From contig OZ024741.1 of the NCBI GenBank assembly GCA_964016885.1, forward strand, positions 187,798,001 to 187,862,000: a stretch of 64,000 nucleotides of DNA, in the 5' to 3' direction. Of the stretch, positions 1 through 15,795 are shown one piece after another. Under the pieces are notes generated by a model. That model was given only the letters and a program-made list of their open reading frames with translations. It did not search any database and was not told where the DNA came from. Made by a program: the position numbers and the translations under genes. Source of the DNA: Eledone cirrhosa. Taxonomy: Eukaryota. Position 1 is the stretch's first letter, and every line of letters starts with the position of its first letter.

Positions 1-2372
<2,372 letters not shown>

Positions 2373-2444
2373 GTGAGTATGTGTGTTTTTTTGTTCTTTA
2401 TGTGTGTTTTTTTTGTTTTTCTGTTTTTTTGTTTTTTTGTTTTT

Positions 2445-3045
2445 TTGTGAATGTGTCTGTTGATTTTTGGCATATTGTTGATTAGTTTAAGAGAAGTTCG
2501 AAGATAATAGTAAGATATGCACTCAGTATTTTGAATCTGTCTGCAGAATTCTCTAGACCTTTGTCACTTAGTAGAACCTTAATGACTTTAGCTTTTAAAG
2601 AATCTCCCTTTTCTTTAATTCTATGGAGCATGACTGACCCCCCACTGATTTTATAGACATATGTTAGCTTAAGAGAAACTTATTGACAAGGAATGGTATG
2701 CCATCCGGAACCTGTTTATAGAATTCTGTCTGCCTTTGTTACTCTAAAAACATAAATAAATATAAATAAAAATAAAAATTAACTATAGCTTTGTAGAATT
2801 AGCTTTTAATGAATTCCCTTTTCTATCAACCAATGACCTGCACCCATCCCACTCCCCACCCTCTCCTACCACTTGTAGAGACCTATAAATACCATATTTA
2901 TTTTTTGATACCCAGATTTCTGATGATTTCTAATGAATGAAACAGTTCTAGTCCTGTAGAATCTCATCTATATTAAAACTGTTATACTCTGCTATGTATT
3001 GAGTACCTTACTTACTGTGGTTACCTCCGATTCAACCCGGAATAA
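2445..3045 (+). mobile_element. Non-coding 3' region (pLTR-like) of an HHR-bearing retroelement, family A
   Basis: Homologous to 50400-50935 (reverse complement) and 58040-58160; shared end gagtaccttacttactgtggttac...ccgattcaacccg; followed by (TA)n; contains an HHR. Confidence 0.7.
2914..2964 (+). ncRNA. Type I hammerhead ribozyme motif (family A)
   Basis: agattt-CTGATGA-tttctaatgaat-GAAAC-ag ttctagtc ct-GTA-gaatct; stems I and III pair, stem II is short. Confidence 0.7.
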
Positions 3046-3046
3046 C

Positions 3047-3131
<85 letters not shown>

Positions 3132-3492
3132 ATAAGAACAGATTAAACTTTAAGCAAAGAATCGCTGCTTTCAACATTAACGGGATCTTCTGAAACTAAA
3201 AAATTCAATCTGTGAACGCAGAAGCAAATATTTCGAGAAACATTGCAACCGAAGGAAAACAGGAAGACGATATTTTGGTTCGTGAAGACGTTCCCTGGCA
3301 ATGAACGGAAAACAAGCGAGGATAATTCGTCGTATTGTGGACCGAGAAGAACAATTTCATGCAAAGACAAGACCAAGTTTATGGTATAAATGGAGTCGTT
3401 AGACTAATATTCTATTTCAAATAACAGAATGATTTCCAGCCCCGGAGTTTAAGAATGATGTAAATAAAATTGTAAACGAAAATGACAGAGGT

Positions 3493-4042
3493 TATTAAAA
3501 TAGTAAAAGTAAATAGTGAAGATTTAGGCCAGTACATACGTATGCGCCGACGGACATAGACATACATATACATACGCACACACAAATACATACACACACA
3601 CAATAGCGCGCGCGCTTGTGTGTGTAAACCTTATGCATTTCTACAGCATTTTCACCAAACTTAAGACATAGGTTATTTATGTACTCCGGATGGTCATGGA
3701 CACTGTCATTTTTCCAGATATTGATTATAGGGCCTCCCGGCAGATAACCCCCTTTAACCGCTTTCTTGAAAGCAGTGCAATGCAACAAAACGTCATAACT
3801 TCTGGAGTTCGCAATCGATTTTCACAAAACATGACACATGGGCTACGTTTGTTCTACAGATGAATGTGAACTCTCAGAATTGGCACATATTGAGTAGGGG
3901 ACCCCTGGGGGCAGAAATCCCCTTTTGGAAAAAGCCGATGATTTTGTAAAAGTATAGTTTTCGAAGCAGCACAGAAGTATTGACATAAATGGTATACATA
4001 ACTGGTATTTAATACCCGAGCAACGCCGGGTACCTCTGCTAG
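3493..4042 (+). mobile_element. Non-autonomous Helitron-like element (5' end uncertain)
   Basis: Subterminal hairpin tacccg-agcaacgc-cgggta (4013-4032) followed by CTAG|T (4039-4043), the canonical Helitron 3' end. Confidence 0.6.
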
Positions 4043-4294
4043 TATATATATATATATATATATGTTCATATGTATGTGTGCTTATGTAATGTCTGAATGT
4101 ATGTACGCATGCATGTATATATATATATATGCCTCTCTGTGTGTGTGTGCCTACGCGTATGTATGTATATGCATTCAATATATTGTAAAACATAAATATA
4201 TATGCATACATATGTGTCTCAATCTATGGCCGTATGTGTATGTCAAAGTGTGTGTACACACACACACATACATACATCTATATACATACATCTT

Positions 4295-4389
<95 letters not shown>

Positions 4390-4763
4390 GTACCTAGTGT
4401 TGTAGTGGAATATATCTTGAGGATATACCCGATGTTTGCAGCAAAGCATCACAGGTGTCAGAACAACTGATGTGATATCAGTCTCATTAATCTACTACAC
4501 ACTCGAATAAACATTATTTTTTCTTCCGAGAAATCTCAACTTATAGTTACATTGAAAAATATTCAAATTAGCACACATGCGACTGAGCTTATTTGCATAT
4601 TGAGTTTGACAAGTATTAAGCATTTCATTTTACACCAAACACAGCACGCCGAAGATATTCAGATAACAAATGCAATTTTGCGAAAGAATTTATTGTATAT
4701 CACAAAGAGACGTATGGTATGATGTATACGTGAACATGCTCGTACATATGCTTATATATATAA

Positions 4764-4812
<49 letters not shown>

Positions 4813-4949
4813 CAAACATACATACATATCACCCCATCTTATATATGTATGTGTGTGTATTATATATATATATACACACACACATACTATATATATATAT
4901 ATATATGCGTCCCTTAGCGCCTTGTGCGTGAAGGAACACATATCCTATT

Positions 4950-5270
4950 ATTACTATTCTGCTCTATTGTTGAGAAAAAATTTGGTCGTTCCGACTGCTG
5001 CTAGTGATAGTGGTGGCCGATTTGACCTACCTCCCTCTGCCTCTATCTTTACTTCGGCCCTTGAAAAAATTGATTCCACTTCATTCACTCTCATCTCGGG
5101 AACAGTTTTGGATAGCGGTAGTTCGTAATTTAAATTCAAGAATTTTATATTCTTCGAATGAAAAGAACCTTCTGACGAGAATCTTTCTTTGCAACGAAGG
5201 CCGTATGGTCTCCGTTTATTTTTGGGATTCGAAACCGATCGGTAAAGGTAACTATAGTAGGTAAAGTCAA
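4950..5270. repeat. Unclassified dispersed repeat (second copy about 50100-50400)
   Basis: Clear nucleotide similarity between the copies, e.g. tcattcactctcatctcgggaacagttttggatagcg vs tcattcattctcatctcgggaacaattttgaatagcg. Confidence 0.75.
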
Positions 5271-5316
5271 TTTTTTTTAATTTATTTTGAAACTTTTTCA
5301 TTATTTGCTAAACCTT

Positions 5317-5391
<75 letters not shown>

Positions 5392-5529
5392 GAGAGAGAT
5401 GTGAGAAAGGGAGAGAAATCTTCGATGATTTACTTAGGTCACAAATTATAAAGAAAAGGAAAGTATTAAAGTTTCTTGTGCAATGGTTCATCCTCTAACT
5501 TTAAATTATAAAAAGGTTTTACATATTTT

Positions 5530-5976
5530 AAAGGCTCTCAGACTCTTCCAATTAACAATTCAACCAATCTTGCTATATGGAAATGAAACATGGACGCTTT
5601 CATCCAAACAACAAAACCATCTTGATGGCACCTACACTCGCCTACTTCAACGCATTCGGAACATAAACTGGCGACATCTGACTTTGAAAGAAATATATGC
5701 CGGCCTCCCATGTATATCTGTCGTTGTACGTAATAGGATTTGCTGGCCACTGCCATCGTGCCCCTACGAGGCTGTGTCCCCATTAGTGCTTTGGAAACAA
5801 CAATAAGTCACTAACAACAGGGGACGCAAGCTCTCCTATCCCGATGTCATTACCAGAGATTCTGGTATTGAAATCCAGGACTTGGCAACGGCAATGAACG
5901 ACAGACCCACGTGGAGATTAATTGTTGAGTCCATTTCGGCTGAGGCCGCCGGATAATGATGATGATGATGATGATC
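5530..5976 (+). mobile_element. RTE-clade LINE 3' fragment with (GAT)n tail
   Basis: PILLYGNETWTL...LDGTYTRLL...NINW motif of the RTE ORF C-terminus; ends in GAT repeats. Confidence 0.8.
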
Positions 5977-6093
5977 ATGATTTGTAGCATTAGTATTAAG
6001 GTGGTGCAGTCTTTCTCCACAATTCTAAGTTCTATGATACTCTCTCAGTGCGGATTGGAATAGATCATGTTGTGCCAATAATAATTATTACTA

Positions 6094-6298
6094 TTATTTC
6101 TACTTTGGACACAAGCCAGCAGTTTGAACTGTGGTGGGGGAGTTGATGGAATCGATCCCAGTACGTTATTGGTACTTTATTTTATCGACCCCGTGAAGAT
6201 GAAACGCAAAACTAACCTCAGTGGTATTTGAACACAGAACGCAAAGGGTCATAATTCTATGTTTCAAAGCATGGTGTCTGACACACCACAGTTCTGGT
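6094..6298 (-). mobile_element. tRNA-derived SINE (octopod-type), diverged
   Basis: ggtactttattttatcgaccccg...gatgaaa...atttgaac core shared with about 20 copies in the window. Confidence 0.8.
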
Positions 6299-6299
6299 A

Positions 6300-8288
6300 A
6301 TGAAAGACCGAATCAAGGGTAATGATGTTACCAACTATAGGCCCATCACATGTCTGTCCGTAATGTGGAAACTGTTAACAAAAGCATTGTGTCTGAGGAA
6401 ATCTACCATCACCTCCACATAAACAACTTGATACTGGACAAACAGAAAAAATGCCGAAAGAAGTCCCGTGGTACAAAAGACCAGTTACTTATTGATAAGA
6501 TGGTAATGAGGAATTGCAAGAGGAGGCACACTGGTCTTGCTATGGGATGGATAGATTACAAAAAGGCATTCGACATGGTATCTCATTCTTGGATAACCAA
6601 AAGCCTAGAGATCTTAAAGGTGGCAGATAACATCAGATAGTTGTTGAGCAAAAGTATGAAGTCCTATGAAACAGAGTTAAAATCGGGTGGAGAATCCTTG
6701 AGAGGCGTGAAGATCAAGAGAGGTATCTTCCAGGGAGATAGTTTGTCCCCTTTGCTGTTTGTCCTTGCCCTGATACCCCTGACCGTTATATTGCGAAAAG
6801 TGAGAGCAGGATACAAGTTGGGAAAAGGAGAGCTTACCATCACCCACCTCCTCTTCATGGACGATCTTAAACTCTTTGGGAAGAGTGAGAAGGAGTTGGA
6901 TGTACTTGTTGAAACTGTCTGTATTTTCAGCAATGATATATGTATGGAATTTGGTATTAATAAGTGTGGAGTCCTCGTGATGAAGAGGGGTAAATTAAGC
7001 AGAAGCAACGGAATCCAGGTACCAACAGATGAGATGATAAAGGAAATTGACACTGAGGAGGGATACACATATTTAGGTGTTCTGGAGGCAGATGACATCA
7101 AGAACAAAAAAATGAAGGAATTGTTAAGATCTGAGTACATAAAGAGAGTAAGGAGCGTGTTAAAATCATATCTAAATAGTAGGAATGTCATAAGTGCAGT
7201 GAATTCCCGAGCTGTGTCTATTATTAGGTACAGTGCGGGAATTCTGAAATGGAATGTTGCTGAACAAAATAAAAATGGATAGGAAGACTATGAAGCTATT
7301 GACTATCTACAACATGTTCCACAAGAGGAGTGATGTCGATAGACTCTACTTAAGGAGATCTGAAGGCGGAAGAGGTCTTAATCAGCATGGAGGAACGTGT
7401 TCAGATGGCGAAAAACAACCTGCACAAATACGTGACTGACAGTAGGGAGCCAATGTTCAAAATTGTACTGAAGGAGAGGACATTAGACCAGGGGATGACC
7501 AAGGAGGAAATAACAACAAGGAAGAAGAGCAACCTTCATGAAAAATACCTTCATAGTACCTTCTTTAGGAAAACTGAATTTAGAGATCCACAGACATGGA
7601 ACTGGTTAAAAAGAGGAAACCTTAAAAAAGCTACAGAAGGAATGGTAATGGCTGCGCAAGAGCAAACCCTCAGAGCGAAGTGGATGAAACACCATATTTA
7701 CAAGGAGGAGGCTAGCTCACTGTGTAGGATCTGTGGAGAGAGAGAGGAGACTGTGGCTCACATTGTATCCGAGTGTAAACACCTAGCCCAGACTCACTAT
7801 AAAGGCTGGGGACATGATGTGATAGGCAGGGTGATCCACTGGCACCTATGCAAAGTAAACAATTTACCACATTCTGAGAAGTGGTATGAGCATAAGCCAG
7901 AGTCGGTGATAGAAAACGATCAGGTGAAGGTGCTATGGGATTTTAGGATACAGACGAACAAGAAACTGGAACACAATAGACCTGACCTGGTGGTTTTGGA
8001 CAAGGAAAAAAGATCGTGCCTGATTGTAGATGTAGCCTGCCCATTTGACACGAGAGTGCAAGAAAAGGAAAGGGAGAAAATTAACCGATACCAGGATTTA
8101 AAGTGGGAGTTCAAAAGGATTTGGATGAAATCAAGGTCGTCCCGATTGTCATAGGCGCACTAGGTACTATCTCAAAGCGTTTCCAAGGATGGTTAAAGAA
8201 GATTAGTCCAGCCCCGCTTTTTGGAACACTTCAAAAGGCATGCTTGCTGGGAACAGTAAGAACCCTCCGATACGTCCTGAATGTCTGA
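6300..8288 (+). mobile_element. 5'-truncated R4/Dong-like non-LTR retrotransposon (RT + CCHC + restriction-like endonuclease), disrupted
   Basis: [82 protein letters not shown]; broken by a stop and frameshifts. Confidence 0.92.
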
Positions 8289-8289
8289 A

Positions 8290-9392
8290 GGACACTCGTG
8301 GAGAAAGCCCATTAAAAAGCCATGGTGACCCTGACCACCAGGGTAAGTGCCCTCTCCCAGTTTTCCACCTTAAATTTACAGGCGCATACTCAGAGCAGGC
8401 CGATTCACTCGAGCCATGCTTGCCTCTCTCACTCATCTTTCAACAAATTGCTAGGAAGAGAGCATTTCCCTCTGCACCCTAGTTTTCCTTTTCAAATTAA
8501 ATTTGAAGAAGTTAATCTGGGCATCACCGAAGAGGTAATTGCTCGTCCTCAGCCCTTTCAAACGCGTCCAACATACGATCTCTTTCGCCATGTCTACCAG
8601 GCAGATAAAAACTGCCTGCCCTTCCTGGCTAAAGAAAGATCGCGAGGCAATCCCCACGATGGATTCAGCTGATAGCCGGATCCGTCCTACTCGCGACAGC
8701 AGGTGTTCGACATAAACCCTGCTCGGACACAGAACGAGTGCGTGCAGGACGGTTTCGTCGCCCTGCGCGCATGTCGGACAGTCCCGGCTGACGGCACTTC
8801 CATGCCTGTAGAGTTTATCACGAACTAGCAAAGCTTTTCGGTAGCACTCCCAGGCCAGAGATTTCTGGAAGTTGTACATGGGCCCCGGCCCGAATTTCTC
8901 CCGAAGTGATTGACTAGTTGGTTTTCGTCGACGACCAGAGTCTTCCCAAGAACGTCGTCGCTCTTTCCCTTCACTACCCTCTATAGAACGCCAAGGTGGA
9001 GTTTCCACCGATAGCATCGCTCGACTGGTCAACGTCTGTGAGCACCTGAAGACATTCCAATCTCCAAGCGTTCCTTATTGGTCTTCGCTTGACCCAGGAA
9101 TGAGGCTCCGCCAAGGAGACGAGCTGGGGGAAAACGGTCTAGCAAATGGCGACCGCCCTAATCACCGTTGAGGAAGAGGTGGAGATGCCGTAGCCTGAAC
9201 GCAGGTTTGCGTATCATCATCCACGGCATGCCCAGCCCTCCACGTAGCGGGTGTTGACAGCAAATGGACCGCCGGAGCATCAGAGCGCGTCCCTTCCACA
9301 AAAAGCGAAAGAGCAAACGCTCCAACGCAGTGAGGCGAGGCTTAGGACAAGGCACGACGGTCAGGCGGTAGTAGATGACGGACGCGATGTAT
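8290..9392 (-). mobile_element. Tx1/L1-type LINE 3' fragment, same family as 59.7-63.4 kb
   Basis: FLWKGR..RRSICCQHPLRGGLGMP and FQKSLAWECYRKALLVRDKL..CPTC..ETVLHALVLC align with ORF 60039-62513. Confidence 0.9.
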
Positions 9393-9690
9393 GAAACTAA
9401 ATGAGTATGTTGGGTACTAGATCAGCAAACCATTAATGATGACACATGCAGATACACACACACATACACACACACACGCACACACATATATAAATATATA
9501 TGCTACTTCTTGATTGTTTAGTATTGAGTAGATTTAGACGGATTTTGGGGTACTATTTCTAGCGTCATTGCAATCCTGTCATATTGTACTGATATATATA
9601 GAGATACATGTTTATTTAGTAGCTCATGCTGTTTCGACAACGACATAGTCTGAATGCTTTCTATTCCATATTTTCTCTACTTCCAAAGAA

Positions 9691-9790
9691 TTTCCTCCTG
9701 AAGACGGAATATTTCTTTAAAATATTGGTTGCTGAAATTTATTTAAATAATTAGTATTTTTTCTTAATTCCAGAAACAGCAGTTTGAAAG
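9691..9790 (+). ncRNA. Degenerate hammerhead-like motif in a probable PLE 3' remnant
   Basis: CTGAAGA (9698) cggaat...attcca GAAAC agcagtt; stem II base pairs, stems I/III are poor. Confidence 0.3.
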
Positions 9791-10130
9791 ATTATATGAG
9801 TGAAACTGACTTTTAGTTTGTCTAACTTATATCCCCCAATCGGTATTTTGGCTTAGGATAAATATGTATATAAATATGTATAAATATGTATATATATATA
9901 TATTTTTTTGCATTTCTTGAGGAGACTTTCCAAATATTTCACTATGTTTTATATTGCCTTGTCCGACGAACGAATGAGGACGTTTCTTTCGTATTCGTCT
10001 TATTCGGGAAACCTCTGGTAATGAGGTAATTATATTGTATTGTTTATTATACATTAAATTTTGCTCTGGTACTTACATAGAGCACTCTTCACTCCTATGA
10101 CTTTTTCAATTTTCAACGGAAACTTCAATA

Positions 10131-10168
<38 letters not shown>

Positions 10169-10169
10169 C

Positions 10170-10757
10170 CTCCCTGGTGCCATGACTTATCGGTCTTTGC
10201 CTTTCTCCTGGACGACATCGCTGGAATGGAGAGAGGAAACAGGTGTGCTGGTCTCGCACAAACAACCTTGGGAAACTTTCTAGGAATATCAAGGTCATTC
10301 TTAACCAAAATGAGGTAGGTGTAAAAGCCAAACACGCTATCTTCAATTCGGTATTCGTATCAACCCTAACATAAGGTCATGACACTTGGATAATGACCGA
10401 AAGAATACGATCTCGAATACAAGCGGCCGAAATGGGATTCCTCCGAAGGATCTTTAGAGTAATGATACTCAATAGAATTCGTAGCTCGGGGATCAGAGTC
10501 GCTCCATGTAGAGCCACTGCTTCTCCGAATTGAGAGATCACAGATCCGACATTACGGACATGTGGTTTGAATACATCAGGAAAGAATAGTTGGACAAAAG
10601 CAAGCGACACGAGACACAGGGATAGGCTTCGAGCATGAGGATTGGATAACATCTATGAGCTCGGCCGATCAATTGGAAACAGTTGCTATGAGAGAAGCCG
10701 CTGGAAGACGTGCTTGAAAACTCTACTCCCATGACCCTACCAAGAATAACTGGGTGA
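10170..10757 (+). mobile_element. RTE LINE 3' fragment
   Basis: Translation STLT*GHDTWIMTERIRSRIQAAEMGFLRRI...EPLLLRIERSQIRHYGH. Confidence 0.85.
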
Positions 10758-10797
10758 AGAATATATATATCTATATACATATATATATATATATATA

Positions 10798-10798
<1 letters not shown>

Positions 10799-10866
<68 letters not shown>

Positions 10867-10870
10867 ATGT

Positions 10871-10954
<84 letters not shown>

Positions 10955-11012
10955 ATGTGTGCGTGTGCGTGTGTATGTGTGCGTGTGTGTGTATGTGTGT
11001 GTGTGTGTATGT
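10799..11012. repeat. (TG)n microsatellite
   Basis: Direct observation. Confidence 0.95.
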
Positions 11013-11130
11013 AAAACAATCGGTACAGTACAACGCTCGATATAACAGGAAGAGGGTCTTAACGTTCAGCTGTATAACAGCTCTTCAAAGAACCATGAGT
11101 GAGTAAATACAGTCTGTAACCGTGTGTGTA

Positions 11131-11337
11131 CAGAGTGTGTAACTGAGACTGCGCCAACATGTATAAATATAGAGCCGTATCTAATATGGAGGCATGTAAA
11201 CATTCCAGAATATACAAAATTCCCTGTAAATTGAAAAAAATTATAAACGCCTTCAACCGATTTTCGGATAGAATTATACCCTCATCAGAAGGTGTGTGTA
11301 TCTATACAGGTTGGGGCAGTCTCGGCTACCCACTCTG
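11131..11337. mobile_element. Tc1/mariner-type MITE
   Basis: TA|cagagtgtgtaactgagactgcgccaacatgta ... tacaggttggggcagtctcggctacccactctg|TA; imperfect ~33-bp TIRs with flanking TA. Confidence 0.6.
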
Positions 11338-11662
11338 TATTTATACAGATATAACTTTATCATACACTTCGGTTGCTAGTGCATTTCTTACTATACATCT
11401 TAATTGATTACCAACACGAGCATTCATTATATATAAATTACTATGTCCATTCCAGAATAATACTAAGAGCTAATGTGTATATATACCCATCAAATACATG
11501 TTTCCTTGTGGTTGGTTCGATGATATACACACCTGGGAGGATGTAACTTTCCTGGCCAGACTGTCTCATGTGGGAGCTTCTATGTCTAAGTAAGTTTTAG
11601 TCGGACATCGTTCAACTATTAGTTTCATAGTCTGCACTTTTAAAGGAACACACACACATGCA

Positions 11663-11741
<79 letters not shown>

Positions 11742-11828
11742 GCACACGCACACACACACATATATATATATATATATTGCTGCAATTTACTGATGATCTC
11801 CAACGCATTAATGACGCAATGATGATGG

Positions 11829-11878
<50 letters not shown>

Positions 11879-11891
11879 GTGATGGTGATGA

Positions 11892-11925
<34 letters not shown>

Positions 11926-11926
11926 C

Positions 11927-12466
11927 CACGATAAATTAAAGAGCTCAGGATTTCTTCTCCTTTGAGCACATTATTTACAGGGAATTGCGAGGGCCTATGG
12001 TTCCGTTAACTTATCGTGATATTTCGCTCCTTATAACAGTCTTTCCTATCTCTCTGTTTGGTTGAGCACACTTCTCTGAGTGGTTTTGGGCTGCCCTTTC
12101 TAGCAGCTCGTCCCTCAGAGGCCACTGGTTCACTGCCCTTAAACACGCTGTGACTTCTCTATCCCACGTGTAGCTGGACAGTCACTTAGTGTTGTCTGAA
12201 ATGTATAGCCTTACACACGCTGATGAACCGAGGTTATTCCGTTTCTGTCAACAAATTACTGGCGAAACATCTCTTTGGATTTGTACGTGTGTTATATAGT
12301 TATAGAGGTATTTATTTACGCTTTAATTTATATTTTTAATTATCATGTCTATGTCTATAGTCTGCCTTTCATATGTTATAGATTCCATACACTGGTGGTT
12401 TTTTTCCTGTTTTATTGTTAGCGCACTGTATATCTCTCTCTGGTGTGTTACCTTTTCAACATATTG

Positions 12467-12472
<6 letters not shown>
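11927..12472 (+). mobile_element. Monomer of the ~542-bp HHR repeat (family R, retrozyme-like)
   Basis: Colinear with 57220-57710 plus 57882-57932 of the array; flanked by (TA)n on both sides; no credible ORF. Confidence 0.85.
12213..12292 (+). ncRNA. Type I hammerhead ribozyme (family R)
   Basis: acacacg-CTGATGA(12220)-...-GAAAC(12264)-atctctttggattt-GTA(12283)-cgtgtgt; 7-bp stem I. Confidence 0.8.
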
Positions 12473-12522
<50 letters not shown>

Positions 12523-12552
12523 AGATCAAAAGTTGGTTAAAAGAGTTCCAAG

Positions 12553-12600
12553 TATTTTATTATGCACATTTCATCAGATGCGTTCTCATCAGATAAAATA
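12553..12600 (-). ncRNA. Minimal type I hammerhead (family B), stem II partly deleted
   Basis: Reverse complement reads tattttat-CTGATGA-gaacgcatctgat-GAAAT-gtgc-ATA-ataaaata; 8-bp stem I; sister copies have the palindrome ATGCGCAT at stem III. Confidence 0.65.
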
Positions 12601-13279
12601 GGGAGACATGATATGAAACTTAAAAAACACTTGTGAATAGTGATGTTTTAAATCTACATATGAAAAATAAATTAAGATTGATGTATGAGATTGGGAAAAA
12701 GTGAGGCGTGGAAAAGGTAAGGAAGAGGAAGAGATGAGAGTAAAGGATGGTGAGGGAGGAGTATAAGAAGGAATGATGAGAGAGGAGGAGAGATGGGAGA
12801 TATATAGAGAGAGATAGCCTTTACAACTGAGAAAAAGAAATATTGTCTCACAGAGAGAAATTAAAAAGCCGTTGGAAGATAATAGATCATTTTAAAGATT
12901 TTGAAATTAAAAGTTAATGAGGTTTATGCATGAAGAAAAAGGAATTAAGAATAGTATTAAATTAAGGTTTGTATATTGAAGGGGTTAATAATATGTGCGA
13001 GGAAAAGAATTTATTAATATGTATTATTCAAATAAAAATATTAATGTTATTAAGGATATAATGTGAAAAGGAGAAGAATGAATGAGTTATGAATTTAGAG
13101 GAAATAGTTAGGGTTTAAGTTTGTTTTTATGTAATGTAATATGTGTACGTAAATAGTGTGTTTAAAATGAGCGCGGAAGGAAAGAAGAAAAGAATGTTTA
13201 AGGAAGAAAATATCTAACATCAAAAAGTACATGTTTACGAAATATTTTCTAATGGTAATAATATAATATATTTAAAGAA

Positions 13280-14473
13280 ATCCCTTAATCTTGACACTGG
13301 CCTATATTACGCTTACCATAAAAACAATGAGAATCTAAATTATGTTAATTTTAAATCTAACCACCCCACTAACATTAAAAATGCTATAGTCAGTAATATT
13401 GGAAAAAGAATCTCAAACCTATCCTCTAATAAAGATATCTTCGATGCTAACGCCAATTACCATAATAATGCGCTTTCTAAAGCCGGTTATCCTGATAAAA
13501 TTAAATACAGTAAAGAAACCACTCCTAGAAGGTCTTACAGTAAAATAATTAATTATGAACATTCCAATAACTTAAATAAAAGACCTAGATACAAAAATAT
13601 GATTTGGTACAACGCTCATTTTTCTCTATTTCTATTAATAATAATATTCCTAAACTATTCTTTAGGACCTTAGATAAATGCTTCCCTCACTCACATATCT
13701 ATAGTAAAATCTTTAACAAACATACAATAACATTTTCTTATTCCACCTCTTTCAACATCTCTAACATTATCAATAAAATTTTAAATAATAAATCACATCC
13801 TTCCAACACTGAGCGTCATAATAATAGCAGTAGTACTCCCGACGTCATTGTTAACTCTAGGCTAGATTCTGTAAACTTAAATACGACGTCAAACGTAACT
13901 TCGTTGAATGTTTATAATACCAATCTAAATCAGGAAACTATTATTCCTATCGTAAATAACTTCTCCAATCCAATTCCTTCTATAAATAACACTAGGTCAC
14001 TTGTTAATAACTCTGTTAATTTCTCTAATCGTAATTGTAATTGCCCTGTTAGAACTAAATGTCCTCTTAATAACCATTGTCTTGATAAAAACTTAGTCTA
14101 TGAATGTAAGGTTATAACTGATACCAATTCTTTACCTATTTCGGTTCCACTTCCACTTCCTTCAAAGCTAGATTTTATAATCACAATTCGTCTTTCAGAT
14201 ACCAACTTAAAATAACTAACACGGCACTCTCGGAACTCATATGACAAAAATATTAACTTGAAAGACAAAAATATTAACTATAACATCTCTTGGAGGAAGG
14301 TTTGTTCTGCCTTTCCTTACCTGAATTCTTCCCTATCCAGAACATGTAATCTCTGCCTAGCCGAGAAATTTACCATTATATCTAATTTCAATTTTATAAT
14401 AAATAGACGCACGGATTTATTTTCTCTCTGCTTGCATAAATTCTACAGAACATTCCATAAAGTATACAGCTAA
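13280..14473 (+). pseudogene. PLE RT thumb plus GIY-YIG endonuclease, frameshifted
   Basis: LNYVNFKSNHPTNIK..IGKRISNLSSNKDIF; CNCPVRTKCPLNNHCLDKNLVYECKV; YFGSTSTSFKARFYNH; CNLCLAEKFTI. Confidence 0.85.
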
Positions 14474-15795
14474 TATCTCAATATACCTTACTAGTTTAAA
14501 ATCCTTTTTCTCAAAGGCTTATATATCTTTTACAAATATACCCATCTTTCTACCTTATTTCAATATTATATATTATATAATACAATTTACTCATTCTATA
14601 TCATTCCTCTTTATCATTTTCCCTTCTTCCTTATTTCTTTTTAATTTCTAACCTCTAATCTGTACTTTTTCTTCCCAACTACTTCTCAATTCTTATTATT
14701 AATCACCACAACATTATCCATTCTTCCATCTTTCCTCATATCATTGGCCATAAAAATTATTTTTTTAATACATTATAGTATTACCATTAGAAGTCCTTCG
14801 TAAACATATAATTTTTTGACGCTAGATTTTTTTTCTTCCTTAAATTTTCCTTATCTTCTCCATCCTTTCATGCTCGTTTTAAACTACTACTTAATTTGAC
14901 TTTTACATATTACAATAAATAAAAACAAACTTAAACCTTAACTAATTTCTTTTAATATATTATATTATTACCATTAGAAAATATTTCGTAAAAATATTTC
15001 GTATACTTTTTGATGTTAGATATTTTCTTCCTTAAACATTCTTTTCTTCTTTTAAACAAACTATTTACGTACACATATTACATTACATAAAAACAAACTT
15101 AAACCCTAACTAATTCCTCTAAATTCATAACTCATTCATTCTTCTTCTTTTCACATTATATTCTTAATAACATTAATATTTTTATTTTAATAATACATAT
15201 TAATAAATTCTTTTCCTCGCACATATTATTAACCCCTTCAATATACAAACCTTAATTTAATACTATTCTTAATTCCTTTTTCTTCATGCATAAACCTCAT
15301 TAACTTTTAATTTCGAAATCTTTAAAATGATCTATTATCTTCCAACGGCTTTTTAATTTCTCTCTGTGAGACAATATATATTTTTTCCTCAGTTGTAACG
15401 GCTATCTCTCTCTCTCTATCACCCATCTCTCCTCCTCTCTCATCCTTCCTTCTTATACTCCTCCCCCACCATCCTTTACTCTCATCTCTTCCTCTTCCTT
15501 ACCTTTTCCACCCCTCACTTTTTCCCAATCTCATACATCAATCTTAATTTATTTTTCATATGTAGATTTAAAACATCACTATTCACAAGTGTTTTTTAAG
15601 CTTCATATCATGTCTCCCTAACGCAGATATCATCCCATGATGATATTTGTTTTTGAAATGCGCATAATAAAATACTTGGAACTCTTTTAACCATCTTTTG
15701 ATCTTATATTATTTATACTCCACTCCTACAAACTGTAGAGTGCTACTTATCCGATATGTGCATTGCTTTATTGTGCTACAATAAAACTCACCTCC

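Noticed and set aside
11794-11822. CTGATGA as a hammerhead core (also on the minus strand near 16070)
   Set aside because: No downstream GAAA/UH or closing stem; it is the 3' end of a repeat with an (ATG)n tail
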